DNA from: a virus
Taxonomy: Duplodnaviria; Caudoviricetes
Length of the DNA stretch: 38,469 nt
Strand: one strand, 5' to 3'
IMG/VR virus record: IMGVR_UViG_3300027779_000068
Span: 1 to 38,469 of that record
Shown: one piece after another, positions 26,801-36,175 of the stretch
Layout: each line of letters opens with the position of its first letter
Position numbering within the stretch: the first letter of the stretch is position 1
The notes under the pieces: model-generated
What the model saw: only the letters and a program-made list of their open reading frames with translations
What the model was told of the DNA's origin: nothing
The model's database searches: none
Translations under genes and position numbers: made by a program

Positions 26801-29800
26801 TATTTAATACCTATTGCGCACAATACTTTTACGAACTCTCCGTCATCTTCTTCTGGAATATTAACAGTTCGCCATGCAGTTCCGATAACTCTCCTATATT
26901 GCTCAAATGTAATATCATCCCTACTTATAGGGATGCAGTGATTTTCCTCTGGAATTAAATAATCTCCATCTTTAGATCCACCCCTTACGACAACGGGAAC
27001 CTGCCCTACAAAAGAGACGACCTCTCCGGAATATCCATCATCTTTCCATGAAGCGTTGCCAACTAGTGCCGCTCTATTTGTTATAACCATCGGGGTTCCA
27101 GGTCCACTTCTGTATATTATAGCCTCTCTTATATACACAACCATCCCCTCCTCTAATCCAAATATCTCTCTATTTATAATTACAATATCTGAGTCGTCAT
27201 CGTCCTTCTCTAGCTCCTTCTCTAGGATTTCTGGCCACTCATTTATATCACCTATTTTTAACCACTCTCCGAAATCCTGGGCTCCAGTATAGTACTGAAC
27301 ACCCCTTCCTCCGTATGCCTTTGAGTAGTAATGAGAGTGTCCATTGTTATAATCATTAGCACTATTCCCACCGAGAATAATCATAGGGTGTGGCCTGGTG
27401 GTTGGATTTAGCCATTTGGTGCGATCAGACAGGGTTTCTCCGGTATCTGAATCGTCATCACCGGTCGCCCTCCACCTAGGGGTATCGATTGCCGGGGCAG
27501 TTGTATATACATAATCAACCATTCCACCAAGTGTGCCTTTAACCCTGGCTAGGTGTTTAAATACTGGACCCAGAGGAGACCCCGACCCGTCGACAGGCGT
27601 ATTACCCACTGGAACTTGTTCTGTATGACAGAAGTTAAAAAACGCTGCTTTTATATCTACGCCATCATTCCCTACTGTTCCAAGGGTTCCCCTTACACCT
27701 CCAACGGTATCGGCCCTCTCGATACTTGGGTTATTTTTGCCATCTTGCGCGGTAAACCTTATCCAATTTGATTTATAGCTTGGCCTGTATCCATTAACTC
27801 CGAGCAATAACACGCTTCCTTCATATACTCCAAGATCCGCGTCATTGAATTCCTCTGCAGAATTAAAAATTGAAGCAATATAACCGCCACTTCTGCAACC
27901 CCTTACGTCAAGAGGCACTGCTGCTTCATCACCCAAAGAAGAATAAGTGAAGCCTTTATCACCGTCAACCCCGCCGGAACGCATTGAAGTCCAGCCTTTT
28001 CCGCCTACTCTAAACTTTGATTTGGAATTACCATCATCATCTGTAGTCTGAAGGCGGATGTCTTTGCCCCTTGAGAGGTTCCCAAGGAAGGCATCCTCAC
28101 CGGCGTTCATCCCTATTAGAACTCCAGGCCCGCCGACCCCAGCCGCCGTCTCGTCGTCAGCCGCTGTTTTTCCAGTAGTAGTATTTGTAAATCTAACATA
28201 AGCTCTATTGGATGTGTCTTCATGAATATGAACAACGGAGCCACCATCAGCATGGGGAAGGAAATCTTCTACTCCGATTCCAATTCCTTTTGTAGATTTT
28301 GTGTTAAAGAAAGTTTTTGCAATTACCGTTAGACTATCAGATTCCGAGTTGCCTATGATAGTGTCACCGTACGCTTTAACATCGCCATAAAACGTAGAGT
28401 CAAGCCAACTACTAAACGTTTCATCACCATCAGTATTATCAGAAAATGAGACCGAACCCTTTGTTTCTAGCCAGTATGGAACCTCTAAGTTGTCAATATA
28501 GGTATTTGCCTCTGCAATAACTGTTCCGAATCCTACTTTGTTTTTCGGATCCCAGTATGGGCCAGAATCTCCAGATACGACATTTCCAATTGCAGTAATA
28601 AACTGACTTTCAGAATACCTTCCATTTCTCCCTTGTCCACTTATACCAGTTGATGTAACAGAGCTGGTATAATGATAACGATCTGCCTGCATAATGTGGT
28701 CATAATCATCACCCTCCTGCGTATCTTGATATATGGGATAAGCCTGCTCGTCACCAAGAGTGTCTAAAAAGTTATTATTGTATTTAAAATAATACCACTT
28801 ATTTGCTTCCCACTTTTTAAGACGAGTAAGGCTGTTTATAAATTTACAATTTTGTATAGTTATATTACCAACTCGATCATCCTCATCTGAATCAACATTG
28901 GCTACAACTATTCCCATGTTATGCTTTCCAAAATCAGTTTTTTCCGAAAAGTCAAACTTTACATTGTCAATCACTACATGGCTATTATAAGAGACTCCAT
29001 CGCCATCGCTAATCATTGGGTCTAAAATCCTAATTCCAGACAGTCGCATTGAAAAATCTTTTAACAAAACCTTTCCATTGGAAAGGGTATTTACATCAGC
29101 TGTAGGCGTAGTGGCAGATAGGCCTGGGCCGGCTATGTGTATGTAGCCATCGTTCTTTATAGCACCGGCACCTTTCCTGTCATCACTGGTCGCCGGATAA
29201 TCGACATATGTTCTCATTATGTCCAATACAGTAGAGTCACCCTCTCCTACTATATTAACCGGAAAGTTTATCCATGCTCCGCTTTCATATGCTTTATCAA
29301 ATACCTGCTGCTTAGATGTGTCTGCAAACATGACTCCAACGTCATAAACAATAGTGTGTACACCTGACTTCAAACGTATCGTTGGGACTCCAGCTCCTGG
29401 ATATATATCAGAAAATCTTTTTGCATACTTAATAGCTTTTGATATATCTCTAAAGTGCCCCATTCCTGGTAGGGGGCTGACTGAAATTGCGTTTAAAACC
29501 TTGCTATCCAGATCGCTTATAAGGAGTCTTAGGTCATATCCTGTAACAACACCTCCAGATTTTTCCACAGAGCCTAGAATTGCAAATCCGCTAGCTCCAA
29601 ACGGACTAGAACAGGGGCTTGAACCGCTACTGCCAGCAGCCGGTAATGCGACTATATTTCCATATTCGTCTAACGCTATATAAAAATTATCAACAGAGTC
29701 GCCGCCAGCACTTGGTATCCCGGATAAAAATCCTTCTATTAGCGGTACTTCAAATCTCTTTCCAGAAACATATGCCGCGCCAGCCGATATGTCAAACTCA

Positions 29801-32313
29801 TATATTTCTGATGCAGTAGACATATCTAACGTAACATTGGATATCTCAAGGCCAAAGACAACGCCATCACTTCTTGTTTCGGAAAACCTATTATACACCA
29901 ACTCTTCTTTTACGCTTGATGCTATATCGTCAATTCCGGTAATTCCGCTAACTAGAGTTCTTATGATCCGCCTAGTCTGCTTATCATTAGAGTATGATCT
30001 AGAACCCCCACCGGTTATCTCACCTCTAAAGTTGTCATAACTAACTCTGGATATATGAAGATTAGTGTCTTTATTTACAGGAGGGTAGACATATACTGAA
30101 AATTCAAGTTGCGAAGTAGAGCTAGCTGATATTTCGGACAGTATATCACTAACCCTATCTATAAGTAATTTTAATGATATGTTGTGTTTTCCAGATCTTA
30201 TACTCTGGTACACTCTGTCAGAGGCTAGAACTATAGGATCTCCGCCATCTAATATGATCTGGACGCTTCCAGACGAATTGATTGAAGCGACCATAGATAA
30301 CTCTATGCTAGAATCATCCCCACTAAAATCAACAATAGTTACCAATGACTGATATTTTGTATTTACATGAGATACATACTCAATCCTTTTATCCAAATAC
30401 ACTTCTTGGTTAGAATCTAAGAATATATCAAGCACCATTCCTGATGTAGATGAGTCAATTTCGTCAAATTCCATAGACGAAAGAGAAACGGAGTTTCTAT
30501 AAATCAAAAACCTTGTTTCGTCTGTTGATGAACCAGAGAAGCCTACTGATGAGACCGGCTCTGCCAAGACAATCTGCTCTGAGCTTACACTTGATATAAC
30601 ATATGTTCCACTATCATCATCAGAATTTATTATTGTGATCAAGTCTCCGGAGTATATTTTGTTCTCCTTAAAGTCTAAATCTCCACCTATTGATGTTATA
30701 TAGTTTGTTCCGGAGGAGAAGGACATGTCTGAACCATAAACATCAATCTTCTGACTCAAGCCCTGATATGGGTAACCTTGAATAAAATATTTATTTCCAT
30801 AAGTAGCCTTAACAACTCCAGAGTCACTAGAAAGCCCCATTCCGTCGAGCGAGCCGCCAGTTACTTCAAGTGTGTAATCAAAATCCTTAGAAGATGGAAG
30901 ATTATGTGCAATGACAAGCTCAGACCCTCCATTGTCTTTATCCAACCTGTAAGCTGAAAAGTTATAAGAATTTTCAGCAATTTGCTCGTTTATTTTATAT
31001 ACAATAGTGTCCAGGCTTTGTTGTTCAAAACTAGAGTTATACACATCTAATGATACCGAATCTCCACCATCAACGGATATCTCCACGCTGCTCAGCGCGT
31101 TCAGCGCAGCTGGCCTTATCTCATTAGTGATTATAGCCGAAGAGTTCGGATTACATATTTGAACCAAATAGGATGAAGATGTAAGGTCTGGGACCTCCCT
31201 TGCTGTGGATAGCAGTGAAGTTATATTCCCACTAGTCTTCGTATTCCTACTCATAGAGCCTACAGACTCCGATGATGAGTCTTCGGCAAATGAGCCGAAT
31301 ATGCTAACACTCTCTATCGATGACAAATCAGAGGATAGGGTGAAGCTCTCAATCTCATAGTTGGACGAAGTAATGCCGTCACCCAAAGTAAGTATATCTG
31401 ACTTAGAGGCTTCCACTCCACTTATACTTATTGGACTTCCAAAGGTTACATCAGAAACCTTTGATGAGTCAGTAGAGGATGGCATTGAGAAGGAAACCGA
31501 TGTTTCCTCAGATATTTCAACCCCAAAATCTGATGATGAGTCTCTCGTTATCACACAATTGTTCAGAGCGCCATTGGTATGAAATAAATCCTGATGTTCT
31601 ACAGCTTGAAAAAATGACGCTAAAGCTATATCCTCTATCGCACCCTGAACATCATCCTCGCTAGTTACCTGAGTTATGTTTGTGCTATCAAAAAACACCT
31701 GATTTGCTTCATGAGAGCTGTTTTCTTCAGATATGCCTATTCCATCATAATTTATATGCGAACTGTATATATCATCCAGCACCGATTGAAGCGTTGACTC
31801 CTCCACTGAGTTTGTAGAAGTTGAGCTTCCAGAGGACCCGATTGCCTCTACGGTTATAGCCTTAGCCTTGTGTCTGTTTGTCGCCTCAATGCTAACATGA
31901 GTGGATAAGATATAATTTAGCTCATCAACTTTCGCAATTATAGACCCTATCTGCCTATTTAAGATAGATACCTCATCTTGCAAAAGCTGAGTTGGAAAGT
32001 CCAGCCTGAGCTTAGATTCCTGTATTGCAGCAACCTTAGATACATCTGCGTCAATGATTGGGCCGGATAATATGTTAGCCCTGTCCAATGCCTCTTTTTT
32101 TAGATTACCACGAGAGTCTAGCGCTCTTGATATCCTCGAAGATACGCTGTTACCAACCGAACCCTGAGGATTAACCCCAAGTGTTTTTTCAATTTGAAAT
32201 ATAGCGGTTCTTATGCTATTAATTACATCAGAACCAATCTCTAAAATGTTGTCCCTCACATGTGGGAGCTCAACAGATGTATCTATTTTTTCAGGATATT
32301 TTGATTTAGCCAT
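26800..32313 (-). CDS. Giant fibre/appendage protein A with beta-helix and C-terminal peptidase-G2-like intramolecular chaperone domain, 1837 aa
   Basis: Beta-helix entry HFRDISKAIKYA...IRLKSGVHTI...VNIVGEGDSTVL; fibre-like IGIGV...VHIHE segment; C-terminal GAQDFGEW...EEGMVV...ALVGN...VSFVGQVPVVVRGGSKDGDYLIP...VIGTAW matches the DYAE...GQVPV pattern of phi29/GA-1 gp12-type autocleaving chaperones. Confidence 0.8.
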   Translation of the reverse strand: MAKSKYPEKIDTSVELPHVRDNILEIGSDVINSIRTAIFQIEKTLGVNPQGSVGNSVSSRISRALDSRGNLKKEALDRANILSGPIIDADVSKVAAIQESKLRLDFPTQLLQDEVSILNRQIGSIIAKVDELNYILSTHVSIEATNRHKAKAITVEAIGSSGSSTSTNSVEESTLQSVLDDIYSSHINYDGIGISEENSSHEANQVFFDSTNITQVTSEDDVQGAIEDIALASFFQAVEHQDLFHTNGALNNCVITRDSSSDFGVEISEETSVSFSMPSSTDSSKVSDVTFGSPISISGVEASKSDILTLGDGITSSNYEIESFTLSSDLSSIESVSIFGSFAEDSSSESVGSMSRNTKTSGNITSLLSTAREVPDLTSSSYLVQICNPNSSAIITNEIRPAALNALSSVEISVDGGDSVSLDVYNSSFEQQSLDTIVYKINEQIAENSYNFSAYRLDKDNGGSELVIAHNLPSSKDFDYTLEVTGGSLDGMGLSSDSGVVKATYGNKYFIQGYPYQGLSQKIDVYGSDMSFSSGTNYITSIGGDLDFKENKIYSGDLITIINSDDDSGTYVISSVSSEQIVLAEPVSSVGFSGSSTDETRFLIYRNSVSLSSMEFDEIDSSTSGMVLDIFLDSNQEVYLDKRIEYVSHVNTKYQSLVTIVDFSGDDSSIELSMVASINSSGSVQIILDGGDPIVLASDRVYQSIRSGKHNISLKLLIDRVSDILSEISASSTSQLEFSVYVYPPVNKDTNLHISRVSYDNFRGEITGGGSRSYSNDKQTRRIIRTLVSGITGIDDIASSVKEELVYNRFSETRSDGVVFGLEISNVTLDMSTASEIYEFDISAGAAYVSGKRFEVPLIEGFLSGIPSAGGDSVDNFYIALDEYGNIVALPAAGSSGSSPCSSPFGASGFAILGSVEKSGGVVTGYDLRLLISDLDSKVLNAISVSPLPGMGHFRDISKAIKYAKRFSDIYPGAGVPTIRLKSGVHTIVYDVGVMFADTSKQQVFDKAYESGAWINFPVNIVGEGDSTVLDIMRTYVDYPATSDDRKGAGAIKNDGYIHIAGPGLSATTPTADVNTLSNGKVLLKDFSMRLSGIRILDPMISDGDGVSYNSHVVIDNVKFDFSEKTDFGKHNMGIVVANVDSDEDDRVGNITIQNCKFINSLTRLKKWEANKWYYFKYNNNFLDTLGDEQAYPIYQDTQEGDDYDHIMQADRYHYTSSVTSTGISGQGRNGRYSESQFITAIGNVVSGDSGPYWDPKNKVGFGTVIAEANTYIDNLEVPYWLETKGSVSFSDNTDGDETFSSWLDSTFYGDVKAYGDTIIGNSESDSLTVIAKTFFNTKSTKGIGIGVEDFLPHADGGSVVHIHEDTSNRAYVRFTNTTTGKTAADDETAAGVGGPGVLIGMNAGEDAFLGNLSRGKDIRLQTTDDDGNSKSKFRVGGKGWTSMRSGGVDGDKGFTYSSLGDEAAVPLDVRGCRSGGYIASIFNSAEEFNDADLGVYEGSVLLLGVNGYRPSYKSNWIRFTAQDGKNNPSIERADTVGGVRGTLGTVGNDGVDIKAAFFNFCHTEQVPVGNTPVDGSGSPLGPVFKHLARVKGTLGGMVDYVYTTAPAIDTPRWRATGDDDSDTGETLSDRTKWLNPTTRPHPMIILGGNSANDYNNGHSHYYSKAYGGRGVQYYTGAQDFGEWLKIGDINEWPEILEKELEKDDDDSDIVIINREIFGLEEGMVVYIREAIIYRSGPGTPMVITNRAALVGNASWKDDGYSGEVVSFVGQVPVVVRGGSKDGDYLIPEENHCIPISRDDITFEQYRRVIGTAWRTVNIPEEDDGEFVKVLCAIGIK
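31845..32109. repeat. Direct repeat copy 2 (within N-terminal region of fibre A)
   Basis: Matches 26332..26596; exact 43-nt block at 31845..31887. Confidence 0.92.
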
Positions 32314-32358
32314 TTAACCCACCAATTATGTACTTTAATGTCATACATATTTAAATAA

Positions 32359-32808
32359 TTAGTAAGTAGTCTCCATAGTGTCCCCAATTCTATCTGCGGC
32401 TAAAAATGCCCCAATAGTTACTACAACACCAATAGAAAAAATACCCCAATTTTTAAGCTCACTTAAGTTGTTCTGCTGCCTCGTTCTGGCAAGAAGGTTT
32501 TCGTTTAGATCCACAAGTTGCATATACTGCATTCTTTGCTGGTCTAGTATGTCATAATTTACCTTATATAGATCAATTTGTCTAGACTGAACTAGATTTA
32601 ACTCAATATACTCACTAAGAAGAAGCTCCTTTTTCTCAAGCTCCTCAACCCTATTTAAAAGTGCAGTAGCCTCATCTATGCTGAACACATAAGAGTCTTT
32701 CTCCAGAACCGTTCCGGCTTCCTTTATATCTCCAGCATTAGTGATTCTGGGAAAGAAAAATAATATCAAAATAAATATCGAAATAATAATCTTTTTATTA
32801 AATTTCAT
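32359..32808 (-). CDS. Signal peptide + coiled coil + C-terminal membrane anchor protein (possible lysis accessory, spanin-like), ~149 aa
   Basis: MKFNKKIIISIFILILFFFPRITNA/G looks like an SPase I signal; heptad-rich middle; WGIFSIGVVVTIGAFLAA hydrophobic tail; no Cys. Start moved from 32829 to 32808 so that the signal is N-terminal. Confidence 0.55.
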   Translation of the reverse strand: MKFNKKIIISIFILILFFFPRITNAGDIKEAGTVLEKDSYVFSIDEATALLNRVEELEKKELLLSEYIELNLVQSRQIDLYKVNYDILDQQRMQYMQLVDLNENLLARTRQQNNLSELKNWGIFSIGVVVTIGAFLAADRIGDTMETTY

Positions 32809-33031
32809 TTTCAAATCCAACATCTCCAATTTGCTCTGTGGGAAAGTTAATACCAGAATCTATAAGGGACTCTATCTCTCTCTTATTTATATAAATAAAA
32901 TCACCTTTTATTTCTTTTACAAAAGGCTCTAGATCAATTAATATCTTACTTGATTTGTAAATTATTTCCTTGGCAATATTAGGATTGTTATCCTTTATTG
33001 AATTATAAAGCTTAATTATTTTATCTTTCAT
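32798..33031 (-). CDS. Hypothetical protein, 77 aa
   Basis: Coupled to upstream stop (TAATG) with AGGGGG SD; overlaps downstream start. Confidence 0.7.
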   Translation of the reverse strand: MKDKIIKLYNSIKDNNPNIAKEIIYKSSKILIDLEPFVKEIKGDFIYINKREIESLIDSGINFPTEQIGDVGFENEI

Positions 33032-33378
33032 TAAAACCCCCTATCGTCGAAAAACTTATCTAGCTCCTCATTTGTAACATTACCAGAGGTTTCTATGCTT
33101 TCAATTTCTTTTATTTTATTCAAAATATCAGCCTCTTCTTTTTCCAGTAGATTGATTTTTGCTAAATTTATAGACTCCTCATCTTTCAACCTTTCTATTT
33201 CAATAGTATGCCTAATCTTTGATAACTCATACTCTAGCATTTTTCTATTAGAAATTTTTATTCTAAATATGATTATTAAGAAAAACATTATAATAGAAAA
33301 AATTATAGAAACAAAGATCTTAGTCTTTAGGCTAATTTTTTTAAAAAAATCATATATTATATTTCTATTATCACTCAC
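33031..33378 (-). CDS. Single-TM coiled-coil membrane protein (i-spanin/Rz-like topology), 115 aa
   Basis: IFVSIIFSIIMFFLIIIF TM followed by charged heptads; GTG start with AAGGAGGT SD; follows holin-like gene. Confidence 0.55.
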   Translation of the reverse strand: MSDNRNIIYDFFKKISLKTKIFVSIIFSIIMFFLIIIFRIKISNRKMLEYELSKIRHTIEIERLKDEESINLAKINLLEKEEADILNKIKEIESIETSGNVTNEELDKFFDDRGF

Positions 33379-33628
33379 TATCTACCTCCTTTTCATCAGA
33401 AGAATACTTCCTATCAGTCCACCTTCTAGATACATATGCACCAAACGTTGCTGCTAAATATGCAGTCATAGTTGATGCATCCATAAATGAAAATCCAAAC
33501 TCATATCCATTCACGGATATATTTTGAAATGTAGCTAAAAATAAATTTAGCGTAACAATGAAAAAAGAAATTAATGCGAATGTCAACATCGCATCTCTTT
33601 TACCATCTGTATTTTTAATCCAAAGCAT
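33371..33628 (-). CDS. Holin-like two-TM membrane protein, 85 aa
   Basis: Two hydrophobic segments (MLTFALISFFIVTLNLFLA; MTAYLAATFGAYV) and a highly charged C-terminal tail; AAGGAG SD. Confidence 0.55.
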   Translation of the reverse strand: MLWIKNTDGKRDAMLTFALISFFIVTLNLFLATFQNISVNGYEFGFSFMDASTMTAYLAATFGAYVSRRWTDRKYSSDEKEVDSE

Positions 33629-33643
33629 AATGACTCCTTTACT

Positions 33644-35635
33644 TTATGAAAACAGAACAAAAGGAAATGTGTATAGAATATCTGTTTTATCCATTCTTTT
33701 TAACGAAAGATTCTGTCTTCCATAATGAGTATACATTATTTTCTCCTTTGTTACATTTAAAACTTCATACATATATTCTATATCGCCAGAAAAATCAAAC
33801 CTAACTACTATATCCCGATCCCTTATTGCTGGCATGGCTATGGTCCAGCACTGTGGTTCGTAGACCTGCTCAAGATGGCTGTGTGGAGATAACTTTAAGT
33901 CCTCTAGGGTATCTTTAAATTTAACCATCAGCTTATAGTCCTCCCTTCTCTTGTTCAGATGTTGAGCATAGCCTCCAGCATATCCGGTTCCATAACATGC
34001 TTTGCACGACTTAACTTTTGGGTGAGGCCTGTTTGTATGCATACATCCACATTGTTGGCCGTCCCACACTCTTTTTAGCAAGATAATTGGCTCACCGCTC
34101 TGATCTAGCAAGACCTCCTCTCTGTTCAGCATTCTGTCGTAGAGAAACATACCTCTTTGCCCGTTAAACTCCCCTCCCAGGTAACTGCCGCAATCGCCCT
34201 TACCCTGAAGAATATGCTGAGGTAGGGGCCTGTGGTATCCGCAAAAATCAAATCCTTGAAAAAACTTCTTATCATTGTCAGTATAGTCATTTACAACAAC
34301 TCCAACGCCACCCACCTCCCTTTCTAGCCCATATCCATCATGATATGTTGAGGTAGCGGACGCTATAACGGTATTTTTATCCGAACACTCCACAAACAGG
34401 CTGACCTTATCTCCAGATATATGTATTGTGGCGGTAGAGTCGCTTAGCCCTCTTCCGCTAGAGTGAAGCATAAACGCAGAATTCTCTTCATCTACGGATA
34501 AATACCTAACGACCTCTCTTCCTATTATCAGGTTTCCAGAGCTTGGATATCCGGCAACAGAGTCTACATATACCCTCAGATCATCCTGAAGTAAGTTTTT
34601 GGATAAGTATACGGGGTCCGGTATGTAATATACCCCGGTAGCCGCCCCTACCATCTGTGATGTATCTAGTACATTATTATAAGTCTCAAGAGCTCTTGCT
34701 GCGAAAAACATTCTATTTCCAGCATCAAATCCTTTTGCTGTAAAAGAACTAGCAGATTCCTTTGCTAAATATTTTGGCTGCTTATCAAATATATCTAGCC
34801 TGCTGCTGTTTTGATATATGAGAGTGTATACGTTACTTCCGTAATACCTTTTCTTTAATTTGTTCCACTCTAATTTTATTGAATCTCCACACCCAACATC
34901 TGATGCCTTAACTATTCCAAATGAACCGTAAAATCCAGTTTGTATCATTGTAGATGGCAAAACCTGGTCTGTGAATTTAACTGAAAAATTAAGTTTACCG
35001 TCAAGCTCATTGCCACTTTTGTCGCTAATAATATACCTAAAAATATAACTTCCGGTCTTTAGCGGTTCATTTGGATCAATAGTTACAGATACACCATTTG
35101 TAATTTCAATTATTTTTGATAAATCCCCAGTAAATCCAGTTTGAAAAACTCCGCTTGAAATTATTACCAATCCATTAAGATAAACCGTAAGAGTGCTTTG
35201 TTCAACTCCATCAATTTTATCTTCAAATTGCAGAAATAAAACTTGAGCAGATTTTAATACCTGACGGTGTACTGGAGAGTTCAGAGTTAGGATCGGCTCA
35301 AGTGGGGATGTCTTAAATATATAAGATGAATTAAAATATTTCCCACTTGAATTTTTAACCTGAATCTTAACCAAAATAACTTTTCCCACAGAAAAGTTAC
35401 TTATTGGATCTATGATTGCATTTAAGTTATCTCCACTCTTAACTATTTCGGACTTTGGCCCATTATAGTCAGACTTGAAAGCTCCAGAGTCTATTGCCTT
35501 GGTGCCATTTATATAAACAACTAGAGTTGCTTGGTCGATGGTTGATCCGTCATCTACAATCGTAAACTCTATGGTAGAGTCTAGATTTACATCCTTCTGA
35601 CCCTCTGACGGTAGCATGCCAGCAATAGATAACAT
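33644..35635 (-). CDS. Putative neck/head-closure protein with two N-terminal Ig-like repeats, FN3-like domain and C-terminal Zn-finger domain, 663 aa
   Basis: Two repeats (IDQATLVVYING...AIIDP / VEQSTLTVYLNG...VTIDP); SIKLEW...MFFAARALE; C-terminal GEPIILLKR...CGC-x12-CKACYGTGY...IRDRDIVV...YEVLNV, similar to Cys-motif neck proteins of large myoviruses. Confidence 0.6.
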   Translation of the reverse strand: MLSIAGMLPSEGQKDVNLDSTIEFTIVDDGSTIDQATLVVYINGTKAIDSGAFKSDYNGPKSEIVKSGDNLNAIIDPISNFSVGKVILVKIQVKNSSGKYFNSSYIFKTSPLEPILTLNSPVHRQVLKSAQVLFLQFEDKIDGVEQSTLTVYLNGLVIISSGVFQTGFTGDLSKIIEITNGVSVTIDPNEPLKTGSYIFRYIISDKSGNELDGKLNFSVKFTDQVLPSTMIQTGFYGSFGIVKASDVGCGDSIKLEWNKLKKRYYGSNVYTLIYQNSSRLDIFDKQPKYLAKESASSFTAKGFDAGNRMFFAARALETYNNVLDTSQMVGAATGVYYIPDPVYLSKNLLQDDLRVYVDSVAGYPSSGNLIIGREVVRYLSVDEENSAFMLHSSGRGLSDSTATIHISGDKVSLFVECSDKNTVIASATSTYHDGYGLEREVGGVGVVVNDYTDNDKKFFQGFDFCGYHRPLPQHILQGKGDCGSYLGGEFNGQRGMFLYDRMLNREEVLLDQSGEPIILLKRVWDGQQCGCMHTNRPHPKVKSCKACYGTGYAGGYAQHLNKRREDYKLMVKFKDTLEDLKLSPHSHLEQVYEPQCWTIAMPAIRDRDIVVRFDFSGDIEYMYEVLNVTKEKIMYTHYGRQNLSLKRMDKTDILYTFPFVLFS

Positions 35636-35674
35636 AATGACTCCAAGAAAAATACTATTCTAATTTATATAGTA

Positions 35675-36175
35675 TTAATTAATATGTTCCGTTAGCTCTT
35701 TTATTTTATTATCTTTTTCACTCTTCGGAACATCGTGATACTCTACTAAATCTTCAACATACCCTCTTACTTCTGAATCTGCCCTAGTATCCGCGTCTTG
35801 TTTTATCTGATTCTGAAAAGCCTCTATTTCATCCGGTCTATCAAGGTATTCTTTACCTTTATATGGATCTTTTTTCCCGATTCTCTCGATATGTTGGAAA
35901 ACATGAGTTATTTCGTGTATTAGGTAACTCATTAGCCTATGTATTGGCTCATCTGAAAGATCCTGATTTATGAAGATTTCACCATTTTTTGTTTTCGCCT
36001 TTACATCAATTTCCGAACTAAAGGATATGGGTATCCCATCCAGTGCAGAATACTCAAACTCGTTTTCTTTGCAGATCGACCTGGCAATTTCGTTATTCTT
36101 TAGGGAAGACCTTAATCTAGATATGGTTTCTATATTTTTTTTTAAGTCTATTTTATTTTTATTAATTTTTTTCAT
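35675..36175 (-). CDS. HExxH zinc metallopeptidase-like protein (~166 aa)
   Basis: GEIFIN...YLIHEITHVFQH...YLDRPDEIEAF provides HExxH plus a downstream Glu ligand. Start moved from 36232 to ATG 36175 to reduce overlap with the upstream gene. Confidence 0.75.
   Translation of the reverse strand: MKKINKNKIDLKKNIETISRLRSSLKNNEIARSICKENEFEYSALDGIPISFSSEIDVKAKTKNGEIFINQDLSDEPIHRLMSYLIHEITHVFQHIERIGKKDPYKGKEYLDRPDEIEAFQNQIKQDADTRADSEVRGYVEDLVEYHDVPKSEKDNKIKELTEHIN

Noticed and set aside
26332-32109. Diversity-generating retroelement TR/VR pair
   Set aside because: Repeats are in N-terminal coding regions of two genes, mismatches are not adenine-specific, and no reverse transcriptase is present.
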